In this document: one piece after another, positions 14,875-27,100 of the stretch
How the letters are laid out: each line of letters begins with the position of its first letter
Numbering within the stretch: position 1 is the first letter of the stretch
Origin: Pocillopora damicornis
Taxonomy: Eukaryota
DNA: 64,000 nucleotides
NCBI RefSeq assembly: GCF_003704095.1
Contig: NW_020846013.1
Location: forward strand, 62,001 to 126,000
Reading direction: 5' to 3'
Notes under the pieces: model-generated
Told to the model about the DNA's origin: nothing
Database searches by the model: none
What the model saw: only the letters and a program-made list of their open reading frames with translations
Translations under genes and position numbers: made by a program

Positions 14875-17800
14875 CTGCAAAGACGAAGCAACGAAATCAC
14901 TTTTATCCTTGAACTTGGAAAACTACTGTGCACGATAAAATGAACATATATATATTTCATTATCGCGAACTGATCTCAAGGACGTGGTTATGGGTCAACT
15001 CTGCAAGATCCTCAGGCTGCGGTCGAATTAAAACTGTAGAGAATAAAATTAATTTCATTTCTCTGCGCTTCTTGGTAAATAATTCATGGAAAAAAGTTCT
15101 TTGTAAATATGACTTAAGCCAAATAGTGCATTGTTTCAATATCTTTCTTGTTCTCGAGTTGGGCAAATCTTATTCTAAACCTGTTACTCAAATTGTATAA
15201 AATTCTCTATAGCAACTGTTCCTACATTTCATAAAGTAATTACAGAGAAGTTGTAACTATTCAAAATTTCCAGACGGACTCTGATTGTTTCTCTGAAAAC
15301 CGCCATCTTTCTTCAAGATGTTTCTGCGATTAATGATAATTCCTATTCACAAATGCGCGAACTACGTTGTTGACAAAACAAGAAGCTTTCTTAATTCAAA
15401 CAAAATTTGAAAAACCATTTTGAAACACCGCACTTCATTGGCTCAACTTAAATCATTTGAACCGTGTTAATTTCGAGATGAAAAGCAAACAACCTTCAGG
15501 GAAAAAATTATATTTTGTTTCGAGCGCGAAAAACTTCTAACCTTACCATGCAAAAGGTTTGACTCCGATGTCTGGGGTTTTGATAAAAATTATGCAAATA
15601 GAACTCAAATAAATTGAAAAAGAAAACATAAAAATCTAGTGATTGGAAACACGGGGAGAAAAAACCATAATGAATAATTATTCCAATTTTACCACGGGAA
15701 AAAAAATTACGGGCTACAACTTAAAGCGAACACAAGACATCTTGTTGGCTATCTTTTCATCAAATTTTGAGTTTAGCACTGGACAGTTGTACCTCATCTT
15801 TTGAGATATTAAATGTTGCAAATTCTTAAGAAAGAAATATCTTCTGAGAGATTAATTGTCAAGATCTTCCCAGCGAGGATTCGTATAATGAAATAGAGGC
15901 AGACACAATGAAAAACATTTTATGATGCTATGAATAATTACCAAGCTGTCTAACTGGAGCCATGTGATATTTTTGAGTGAAATTTTGGTGGCCTTTAAAT
16001 TTCAGAAGTTTAGAGGGAAAACGTTATTTTACTAAAACATGAAAAAGTTGACCCATCGAGTGATGGCCTCATTTTCAAACCGAGATTTTTAATTCCGTCT
16101 GGGTTTTCTTACAGCCTCGTTTCCAATGCACGTTCCTGTCACGATCTCGTTTTCAAAGCGAGGTTTGACACAGGAACACCTGTTTTCCAACCTAATGAAG
16201 CTCTAGCACCGGTGGAGGGAACAAATAAAAACGCACTAATGTTGGCGTATTTTGATGTGACTTCATTGTTAAAACTGTAATCTATTTGAGAGCTGTATTG
16301 TTTTTGGCCCAGAGTGATCACACCACGCAGCATCTGATGAAAAAACCGACAGATGAATTCTAATTAATAAAAACACCGCCAGTTTTGACTCCTCGAAGAT
16401 TTTTCAAAAATTATCCTGAGTTCTTTCCACTGCTTTATATCATGAGAACTTAAAATCTTCTCAAACCATTTCGTTTCATTTTATGAAAATAAAAGATGGG
16501 AGTTATTTTGGTCGCAAATACATCAATTAGTAGAGGAGCAGGTGTAGTAAAAACCATTGGTCGCAGGAAATCGAATAATTTCTTCCCCGGCAAAACTTTA
16601 AGAGAAGAATGGGAAACAAAATTACAATTCTGCGAGGAGCTGCCTCGTTAAATTTGGAAAATTTCCCTCGGTAATTTCGCGGGTTTTTTGTCAATTCTAC
16701 CAATACTTATTTCGATTTAATTTTTCGCTCGATAATGAACGAACTGGACGTAACTTCCTAACGCCTTTCATTTTTCACACAGAGAAGTTAAAGCACATCG
16801 GGAGATAAATAATTATGAACTGACAAAAAATTGCCGAGAAGTTTACCGTTTGAAATTACAAAGCAACCGACTTCTGTTATTACAGTAAACATTTCCTCTT
16901 CACGATTCGTGTGGAGGAAATACCTCTTGTTACGCTGAAGATTTAAGCCGTAATCTTATCGAGCTAAAAACCGTAATTGTCGATCTCTCTATTAGGAACT
17001 CTTTGGATGATAAAAAGTGTTTCAATTTGTGCCATCGAAATTTTGATTCACTTCATGTTTTTGCGTTTTAAAACGCTTAAGTCTTACAGTCAATGTTTTA
17101 ATGCCTGACATGAATTCCAGCAATCTCGTTGTACATAGATATATACACTAAAAAATCCAAACAAATATCGTCTGTTACCAACGAACAACGAAAATAGAAT
17201 TATTTATCAATTCCGTCGTGCAGGAATTAAGCGAATTTTCAAGCCAAAATTCCAAACATCGGAAGAAGTGGTCTGTAGGATGACGAATCCGTGATCTCGA
17301 CTCGAACGGTTTCAGTACGATAAACACAAATATTTCTTGTGTATAAACGGTTATATAGCATGATTCAAGATGAAAAATATACCTTTAAATCGGTGGTGAA
17401 TAATTTTTCCCATAAACCCTAAAGCTCTCGTACAGCAAGGAAAAATTCCGCTGGTTTTAGCGCCAAATTCAGGTTTCTTCTCGCATTGCAAAGGAGCACC
17501 AATACTTTTTCCTCTTTGATCCACGGCCAAAGACCAAATGTCTGTTTAGACCGCGATAACTCCGGTTACATCAATTTGAATAACAATCAAACTCATTTGA
17601 ATTCATCCTTAAAGTAGGATTTCCCTGAGAGGCAATTTCTGTATGAGTCACCTAAATTATGAAAAGGTTTTCGGACGCACACAACAAAACACATAAGTAA
17701 TAATGAATGTGAGGCACCTCTATCAGAATTTTTGTTTTCGACTGATTTATTTTGTTTTATTTTTTGAATGTGATAGAGCTTCGCGCTTGGAGCTGACTAA

Positions 17801-18277
17801 ATGTATGACTTTTTTCCCCATAAACTAAAAATTTCTTGAGTGACAGCTAAGCAACTGAGCCTCAAACTAGTTTGCTATTTTTCTGGTAAGCGGTTTTTTT
17901 TCAATAATATTCAGTTGTGGTAGGTAAACATCAACAACGTGTCCTGCGGAAAGAGGTCAGTGTTGCGTGAATTGCCTAATGACCTTTGTGCGTTCGCTTT
18001 TGGCGCATAATTGTGTCCAAAGACAACTGCCGTTCACAGGAAATTCATCAGGTATATCTAACAGAGATATCTTTTCTAGTTTAAAAGCGCCAAGAAGGAT
18101 TTGCTGCCCACGTAGCCAGGAAATATCTTCTTTCATTAATTTTTTCCTTTATTCTTTGCGTCGCTTCATAAACAAGAGTTTATACCTAAAAATAGATATT
18201 CCTGAGTAAAAAAAAATCAAGGAAGTTTTCGTCAAATGAGAGAATTCCGTGAGCACCTTGTTCCTCAATCTAAAACT

Positions 18278-21200
18278 TTATCGCATTCTGGTTTTGCAGG
18301 CTCTGGAAATTTCCTTTTAGAGGGGGCGAGCAGACAGGAAAAAATGCTCTGAGACAAACAGCAGAAATTTAAAAGAATAAAACTGACTGTGTAAAGGGAG
18401 ATTTTTAACGGCTTTAAAATGAATTTTCTTGCTTCTGTAATGTAAATTTTTGTCACGGGTTGTTACTGTAAACAATCGTGGGCGAGCGGTTGAAAACCGT
18501 GCATTATCTATCTTTTTTGGCAGAAATTTCAGCAAAACAACACTTACGTTAATATTTTCAAAATTCCTGAGAAATGGTCAGGAAATTTCTTGACAGTTTT
18601 GAGTCCATTTCAAAAGCCTCAGACAATCTGTTTTGACTGTCTTGTCACTTTGCTGTTTTATGAATTACCGCACTCGCGATGAAGCTTTTTAAATTTATTT
18701 GCAGAGAGGATTATTGTAAAAGGAACATCTCGAGTTAAGATCTGTGGCCGACCACAAGGGCCAACTTTAATACCACAGAGCCTTTACTAACTCCCCCCTG
18801 GGGGGAAGGGGAAGGAGGCGACCCTCTCCCTTCCCCCGTAGCAGAAAGTATGGTGTTAACTTGAGGGCTAAACTCTCAAACAAGGTATACAATTTAATGT
18901 CTATCCTATTGAACAGTGTCTTTGTGGACTAGAAGCCACGGAAAAGGTGAAAGTGAGTTCTCTACTCGAGTAATACTACCAACTGTTTATAGAACGCTTT
19001 TGGACAGAGTGTCAAAGTGATCGCAAAAGCCAATCCGAAGAAAGAAAATTAACTTTAAGAGCCAATGAGAACTTAGAGTAAAACCAAATTGTGGTTTTAA
19101 TTTTGCATCTGATTGGTCGAGAGAGTGGTGAATGTGGTGCGTGAGGTGCAATGGTGAAAAGTGTAAGAGATTCTTTGAAAAAATCGTGACAATTTTTTCC
19201 GATAAGGAGGCTAGAGTCCAAACTCCGTCATTAAAGATGTAATAAATGTATCAAATTTAAAAAAAAGCATCATTTGGCTGTAAATAAAGCCTCCTAAAAG
19301 TCTCAACTCAGTAAGACACAAGCTACAATTTGAAATAAAAAAGGCTAAAAAAAGACTAAACTCAACTCTGAAAACGAGTGTTTACGAATGCATCCGCGTT
19401 AACCTCGATTTCAGGTTAAACTGAGGTCTATGGTGAACATTATTAGCTGATTAACAGGATCACTCACATGAATAAAAAAAACATAACCAGTGGGGAGGGA
19501 AAGAAAAAAAATGCAGTTGGAAATATATTCACAAAAATTTTTTTAGAAAAAAACAATCAGCGTTTTCTCTCCCATCCATAAACGTCCCTGCACAAGCCAC
19601 AATCAAAAAACTAGGTTGAAAACGTCAACTCACCTTTTTCTTTGTTGCATCATCTTTACAGGGTTGAATGTTCAGGTCCGCCCCACTCTTGGACATTAAT
19701 GGCTCCTTTGTACTCTAAGACAAGAGAATATTAAAAAAATTTTGGATCCAATCATGATGACGAGCAGACTCATCGGATCAGATGTAGACGGTTTCTTAGT
19801 CTTCTTATAAATTTCCCAGCCGTTTTTCAAAAGTCACTTGGTAACATTTCCTGTCACTCAGTGACGCACGACGCATCAAGAAAGCGTGAAACCATGACAA
19901 CGGCTTTGAATAAGACTACTGTGGTACAGGGCGGGTTTACACATACATGGCACAAAATTATATTCTTCATTCAGACAATATTTTGTTAATTTTTTTAAAA
20001 ATTTTTTACTTCTTATTTTCAAAGTAGCCCTTACTTTTTGATCATTACTGTGAGATTGTAGAGCGTCCTTTAGTTTCACCAGAGACGACAAAAATTCACT
20101 TTTACCGGACGAAGCAGCCTGTTTCTTAAGAAACAAAAAACAAACAAATAAACGTTATAAACACATTATGATTGTCCTGATCAAAAATACGCAGAGGTTA
20201 AGGAGAGGTTGTGTACAAGATAAAACGTTCAAGTCTGTTCTGGAGCCTTTGGCTCACATTGCAGGAGTTTAACCTGGTTTCCGTGGCAATATTAGACTGG
20301 GAGTATTGCCCCTCCCCCCGGATGGGATGCAAGTTCATCAAAAAGGCCGTAAGGTTTGACGCGGGTTGGTCTGGATAAGGGCCTTCCGGCCTTGCACTCA
20401 CACGGCTCTTTTGCATTTTTCGAGTACGTAAATTATAATTGTGGACTTCAGCTTTAAATAAAACAAATGAGTGAATGGGTCGTGATCTCGATTAATTACA
20501 AGGTTCTTGTTTTGACTTGAAGAAAAAAGGAAAAAAATTCGCTGTTGAATCTTTTTAATAGTGGTTCAGTGCAGTAATTAGTAATGACGCACGGTCATGA
20601 CGCACGGAAGTCGTGACGCATGGAAGTCGTGACGTACGGAAGTCATGACCTCGAGCCTATTATATTCACGTCCGAACCTCCCACTCAGTCAATAAGTACG
20701 GGTGCAGCTGTGCGAATGTCTTACCTGTGACGTCAATGAGCGTTTCTCCACTTTTTTAAGCGGTTGTTCCAATCTGAGTTGCTTTGGTGCGAGGGGAAGT
20801 TTATTTTTACTCCGAACACCTCCTATGCCCTCGCCGTGATTTTCATCTCGTTGTGTATCATGTCTCGTGTCAGATTTTTCCTTGTTACGCGATTCATGAG
20901 GTGCACGCCTATCCACGGGGTTTGACATATCCCTGCGGTTCGCCTTTTCTCCAAGGTATGACTTATCCATGGGACGAGGCTCATCCTTGAGGTGTTTCCT
21001 TATAGGCCCTTCATATTCATGCTTCGACTTATGTTTAGGGAATACTTCATCTCTGTGATTCAGCTTACCCATGGGGTATTCTTCTGAGGGCCTGCCCCTG
21101 GGGTATTCCACCAGAGGCCTGGAGTATTCCTCCCTTGGCTTTGTACCATCTGTTTCTCTCCTCCGGTCGGTAAGTGTGTTCCTGCGATTCCTTTCGAGAA

Positions 21201-22372
21201 CTTCACGGCCCCTGGCCTCTCCCAAATGTTGTGAATGTTCCCTGGTTTTTCTATAGCCATCATACTCCTTTTTAACGGGTTTAGATTTCGAATCATTGGA
21301 ATGCAAATCTTTTTCAATCTGTCAAACATAAAACCGCAATATTTATGACTCCAAATTTACTCCAGCCCAGAGAAAAGGCGTAATTATTTTGCATTTTCGG
21401 GCGAGAAGGGGTGGGCGTAAGGTGCGTGTTAAAAGCTACTAACTACTCTCATCTCGCGCGTTCTCTCACGTCACGCTGGGCCAAATACGCGAAAAAAAAA
21501 TTGCGCATGTTCGGCAGCCTAGCAAAGCACACAGAGATATATGATACAAGTTAACTACATAACTCTACAGTACTTATTTTGACCAAATAACCTTTCATCT
21601 GATAGAGGATCATTAAATATAATTGCTTTAAAAGGTAATGAAAGTTGTGAAAGATGGCACAGCGTGCGTTATCAATGGCAGAGCAAATGATACGTTGTTT
21701 TGGCGGGAAAACGCGCCAGCCTAAAAATGTGCCTGTCTGTTTTAAACTCGAGTGGGGCTTGTCAGCTTTTAATCGCAATTCAAAGTAAGAGCGACATGAA
21801 AGTAAATTTCTTTAAAATGAAGATTTTTACCCCTACCATCCAAAAGGTTTAGCGAGCAATTGAACCGAGTAACTGAAACAGCAGGTGATACATAACAGGT
21901 GGCAAATAAGGACAAAAAAACTTGTAAAGTGAAGAAATGACTGATCGCTGTTATTCGCAATTCTGGCTTATTTGGCGCAGCATAAATAACAACGTATTGT
22001 TGTCTTAGTGAAAATGAAGATTCTAGGTCTAAAGTAGGATGAAAACTGTCTTAATGAAAAATTAAGATTAATTGAGCCACATCCTTTTCCGGCGCAAAAT
22101 TCGTATGCAGGACTTTAGATACATTATACGAGAGTGAAGAGAAAGGAAGGAAACATGCTTACCTGTACTTCGTCTCGGGACGAAACTTTTCCACCATGAT
22201 TGCGCCGTGTTCTGACCGACTCTGTTTGGTTCAGAGTATTCATATTTTCATCTCCTCCCTCACTCGGTAAGTTATGAATTCTCTGCCTTATTTTCAATCG
22301 AAGTTTATCACGCATCGAGTCCTCCGAGCGACTGATTCCCCTCTTACTCCTCTCGTCGGAGATTTTCGACAT
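18278..22372 (-). CDS. Uncharacterised charged/disordered protein (about 334 aa), or the long N-terminal part of the TRIM-NHL gene
   Basis: Exons 22372-22163, 21318-20725, 20118-20035 and 19714-19634 are all GT-AG, phase 0 and open. Possible terminal exon 18313-18278 (EISRACKTRMR*). No recognisable domain. Confidence 0.6.
20585..20650 (+). repeat. Short tandem repeat (gtc(a/g)tgacgcacggaa, about 16-bp unit, about 4 copies)
   Basis: Directly visible in the intron after exon 21318-20725. Confidence 0.75.
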
Positions 22373-22950
22373 GATTGAAACTTATTTCTCAAGCTTCCCT
22401 CGATTTCACCTTTCAAAAGCCATTTTGTAGACAAAATAGTCCACGCTTGAGTATACTAAGGTTGGGTCAAAAGAAAACAGGTCCTAAAAACTCGAGTGAC
22501 GCCACAACGGAAGTCGCGGTAAGAGGGGCGGGGAGGGTAAAATTGATTGACGCCCGTTTTCGCGTTCAACATACCTACAAAATTTTCTTTACGTGTAACG
22601 AGGATAGAGAAATTTTTCACGTTAATAAGAGTTTCTCGATCTTAATGCACTATCAGTTCGTTAGACATACAGCCGAAACGTCTGTCTTCTAAGTTTGCTT
22701 GGGTCCGAAGCTCTAATGGCACGATTTAATTTAGTTGCAATAATCGTTCGTTTCCCATAATGTGATTGTTCACACACTCTTGTGACAGTAGTGATGCTAG
22801 AAACACAGAACAAGGCTTCAATTAAGCTTCATTTCAAAGTTTTTACCTTTTAATGCTTCAGACATATTCGACTACCTAATGAGAGTCATACGCCGCTTTA
22901 CATTGCTGAGAATCAATTTGGAGTAGATTCCTACACATCAATAAACGGCG

Positions 22951-23161
22951 TAACCCTTTAACTCCCAAGATCTCTTTAGAAATTCTCCTTACTGTCTGCC
23001 ATACGATTCATATGATGCTAGTTGAGTGAATTTAGTACTGGATCAACTACCAATCCTCTAGTTAATAATTCTGTTAATTCTCATCACTTGCCTGCTTGAT
23101 ATCGTATTGATATTGTAAGGAGAAATTCTGTCTTAATCACGAATAGCAGTCAAAAAGTTAA
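22951..23161 (-). mobile_element. piggyBac-like MITE, related subfamily
   Basis: taaccctttaactcccaagatct...gatattgtaaggagaaatt...aaaagttaa. Confidence 0.7.
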
Positions 23162-23300
23162 GGGGCATCAATTGATGCTGCATGCCTAAGACAACGAAAA
23201 TATCAGCTATTTCGATGTTCAATAGGATACAAGACATTTTCATACTTAACGTTCAATAATTTGCCTTACTCTTACTTTTAACTATATCCCCAACTGCTCC

Positions 23301-23511
23301 TTAACCCTTTAACCCCTAAGAGAGACTGGCATCTAATTTCTCCTTACAATATCACGCCTGAATCAAACATTAAGGTCATGAGAATGAGGGAAATGATCAA
23401 CAACTTAAGAAGCTCTTGATTGCTAAACGAATTCTCCTTTTCAGAACCTTAAGAAATGTACAGAGAAACTATGGAGAAGATGCATACTGATGTTAGGGTG
23501 TAAAGGGTCAA
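23301..23511 (+). mobile_element. piggyBac-like MITE family A (about 205 bp)
   Basis: ttaaccctttaacccctaagag...gggtgtaaagggt(t/c)aa. Other copies at about 4290-4382 (partial), 31291-31490, 31487-31698, 38900-39090, 40822-41010, 41335-41550, 43657-43866, 45410-45604, 50910-51130, 55279-55481 and 62916-63126. Confidence 0.8.
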
Positions 23512-23778
23512 AGGAAGTCGGATTTAAAGAATAAACGAATAAATAATAACCTACAAACGAGCCTTTTCTGGTGTTTAGGAATTTGTGTGGGCAACCAAGC
23601 TGATGGTAACGAAACAACTTATGAAGAGCATTCGTTAAGGTAATCACATGATTCCTTGTGTAATTTGGAATAAATAAGCCCTTGTAATTTTTTTGAAACT
23701 ACAAATTGCACTCACCCTTCAAAATAACCCTAAAAAAAATTCCAAACCCTTTTGCCTCTCCAAAACACCGTAAAAGGC

Positions 23779-24022
23779 AGAGTGATTTTCGATTGAGTGT
23801 CGTAAAACTAAAACCAAAGTAATCACAACAGAAGAAAGAAAACTAACAGAAGAAGAAAGAGAAATATCCTTCAGAGCCAAAGAGAACTCAAAGTAAAAAC
23901 AAAGCGTTTGAATCCTATTGGTTGAGAGGATGGCGTGAGTTTTCTGGGCCAATCACAGAGCGAAGTAAAGCAAAACCAATACAATCCCAGATAACTTGCG
24001 ACACTCAACTGAAAATTGTTCG
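23779..24022. mobile_element. CCAAT-rich dispersed repeat with short TIRs (MITE-like)
   Basis: agagtgattttcgattgagtgtcg ... cgacactcaactgaaaattgttcg; core attggttgagagg..ccaatcacagagcgaag. Degenerate copies at about 2300-2545, 3530-3720, 5340-5565, 7640-7730, 19010-19150, 47510-47780, 48805-48975 and 61230-61350. Confidence 0.7.
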
Positions 24023-24102
24023 AAGCATATACCATGAATACCAACCCGCTTTCTTATAAGTTAATCATTAGATAAGTATCTATTTTATCTCCCTCTCGCT
24101 AA

Positions 24103-27100
24103 TCACCGTCCTTTCGTTTCGAATTTCTCGAGAAGAGTATTGATGCGAGCTTCAACTCGTTCACAGTTCGCCTCAATGGTAGCTACGTTGGAGTTGAAAC
24201 TGGCTTCCAGCTTGAAAAGAAAAGGGGAAAATGTATTAAAGGAGAAATAAACTCCAGAAATCGTCTAATCGTCATGTCCGCTATTAAAAAGATGTATGAA
24301 TATTATGACAAAGGAACCTTCAGATTCGCAAAGATTAAAAAAGGACGGCGCCACTTTTAATCTTGCTTAACAGCCTTGCCTCATACTTGTGACATACCAA
24401 ACTCTCTCTTCCCTTCTTTACATCTCTTGGCGATCGGTTTGAACAAGTGAGAGTTATAAAAAAAGGTTTTCTTGACTCAAAGCATATTTTTTTTCCCGAT
24501 AACTGGAGAAGCAGTTGTTAGTGAACCTCGCATTGTGATTGCCACCATTTGGGTGCGCGAGGCCAGGTTACCGAGTTCTTTTTAAAAATGGCGGCGTCCA
24601 TAGCCGTAATTTCAAAACACTGTAGAAGAGATAGACAAAACAACTAGAAATAACAGACACTTACCTCACTAAGGAGTTTTGCCTGGCCGCGCATTTGACT
24701 GTTCAGAGCAGACTGGGACGAATCCAGCTCCAACAACGATTGACCAAACTGGCTTGCTGTGAAGCAAAGAGCAGAGAAGTTGAATTGATGAGGAATGTTG
24801 AAACTTGTGTAAAGTGATGTTTTTATCGCATATAGGTACCTTCAAAAGGGTGATAAAACGGCTCTAAACTTGTAACTCTTCTAAATAACAAGTTAGCCAT
24901 GATTTTAGCATTTAAAACTGCTATGTTTTTGCAAAAAAATGGGTTAAGGGCCTTTTGTTGAGGGGGGAAGGGAGAGGGAGAGGGAAAATGGTGCAACTTT
25001 CAGGGGGGTGTAAGTGCAAACAAGCTACTCATATATGGTTTGTTTTTCTTCTTGTTCTTGTTCGTACCTTGTTCATGCAGAGCTTTCAAGGATTGTAGTC
25101 TTGTTATCTATAAGTTTAAGAAAGCAAAACATGAAAAATGAGTGACAAATGAAAACGTAGTCAGGTTAAGATGAAGAACAGTGCCGTGCTGGGTAAATTG
25201 CAGTTTTGACTCCCTACAACTTCCGTTGAAATGTTGACCACGCGAGAAAGCCTGGTTACCTAAATAGCGGCACCTACCAGATCCGGGACAACGTCTACGA
25301 ACGAATCCCACTTGTTCAAAAGATCATAAAGTTCGGTCACCTAAGAAACAGTAAACCAGAAGTGAGAATATAGTTTGAATTAAGTTAGATGCTAATCATT
25401 CTTTGGGGTCAAAGGGTAAAAATAATTTTCTTTCACCTTGCTCTGCTTAGCTGAATTTTCAACTTCCTGCTTTTTCTCTGAAAGAGCATTGACATGATGC
25501 AATATTCCCTGTGAAGAAAAGAAAGGAAAGCTAAAGAAATTCCAAGAAAAATACAACTACCTTCAATAGAATAGAGCAGAAGGAAAGCTAAGATGATAAA
25601 GATCACGTTCAATTTGAAAAGTTTGTAAACTTATCGAAGTCTCTGGCCAAAATCAACTTTAAATTTTGAGCACACTAAGAACAAAGAGATTTTCCTTGAG
25701 ACGAAATGTGAAAGGTCATAGATTGAGTCATGCGTGGGACATCATGTGGTGCCTGGTGCCTGGTGCCTGGTGCCTGGTAACTGGCGACTACTGCCCTGGA
25801 CTTCGCATCGATCAACCCGGCTTAGGCCTCTTCTCAAGACATTGCATTGTTTTTTTAGGCAAAGAAGCTTGCTCTCACAGTGTCTTTCCACCCAAGAGTA
25901 GAAAGAGGCACCAGAAACTGTCAGAGAACTCAAAAAACTGCTGGGGAAGGAAGGGGAGGGGACTGCAACGGATCAGCATGGGGGGGGGGGGGAAGGTGCC
26001 AGTGAGGTCAAAGAAGATCAAGTCAAAATCTTCTCACCTGTAATCGTGCATCAACGTGATCAATGTGATTTGCATCCAACAAAGCAACTTTAGCCTCAAG
26101 AGCTGATGCCACAGACTGTTAACAGAAACACTTTATTACTAAGAACCAATCAATGAAGCAAGAAATTAATCAATCAACCATTCAATCAATCAATCAAGCC
26201 CTCAATCCCCCAGTCAATTAATGAATCCATCAATCAATCAATCAATCAATTACTCAATCCCCCAATCAATCAATTAAACCAACAATCAATCAACTAGTCT
26301 TCAATCAATCATACAGTCAACCTGTCAATCATTCATCAATTACTCAATCAAGCAATTAATCAACCAATCAACAACTTGGGCAATCGATCAATTAATCAAT
26401 CACTCAGTCTGTCCGCCATAGAGGGGATAAGTTTCTAAAGAAACTGTTGTGCTACATTGGAGGGAGGTGTCATGCCCCAATGAATCCAAAGCTTCAACAT
26501 CAACTTGGGCAACTCACAGGCATTTGACTGTTGTCCATTCCCAGGGGGGGAATTTGAACCTTGCCTGGGTGGGGTGGGAAACATGAAGCAGAAGTGTCAC
26601 CTCTTTTTAGCAGAATAAACGGGCAATAAAAGTAACTACACCAATTTGAGTCAATAATTACTAATCATAAAGCATACCATTCATTTCCATATTCAATCCA
26701 ACACTTTTGAAACTGAAAAGGTTTGGTAACTTAAAGGGTTTTGCCATACATGATGCTCACCATTTTCAACATTGGATGGGAAAATTTTTTATCAAACTCA
26801 CCAACAAATTTTTATCCTTAATTTCAAGATCAGCAGTAATGGAGGACTGCAAAGTAACAACAGATTTATAACATAGGTGAGGATTCAATCAAGACAAAAA
26901 TTACAAATTAAAAATAAAAATTATATCAATGTACACATATTTTGTAATAGATTGGTTAACTCACTTCCCCTTGTTTTCATACATTCACTTCTGCACATTT
27001 AAGTGTGCAATAATTCTTTCACAACATTAAGCATTCATTTTGATAGAATAACTCAGTGCCTAGGCTAGCACTAAATATCTGTTGATCAGGTCAATTGTAA

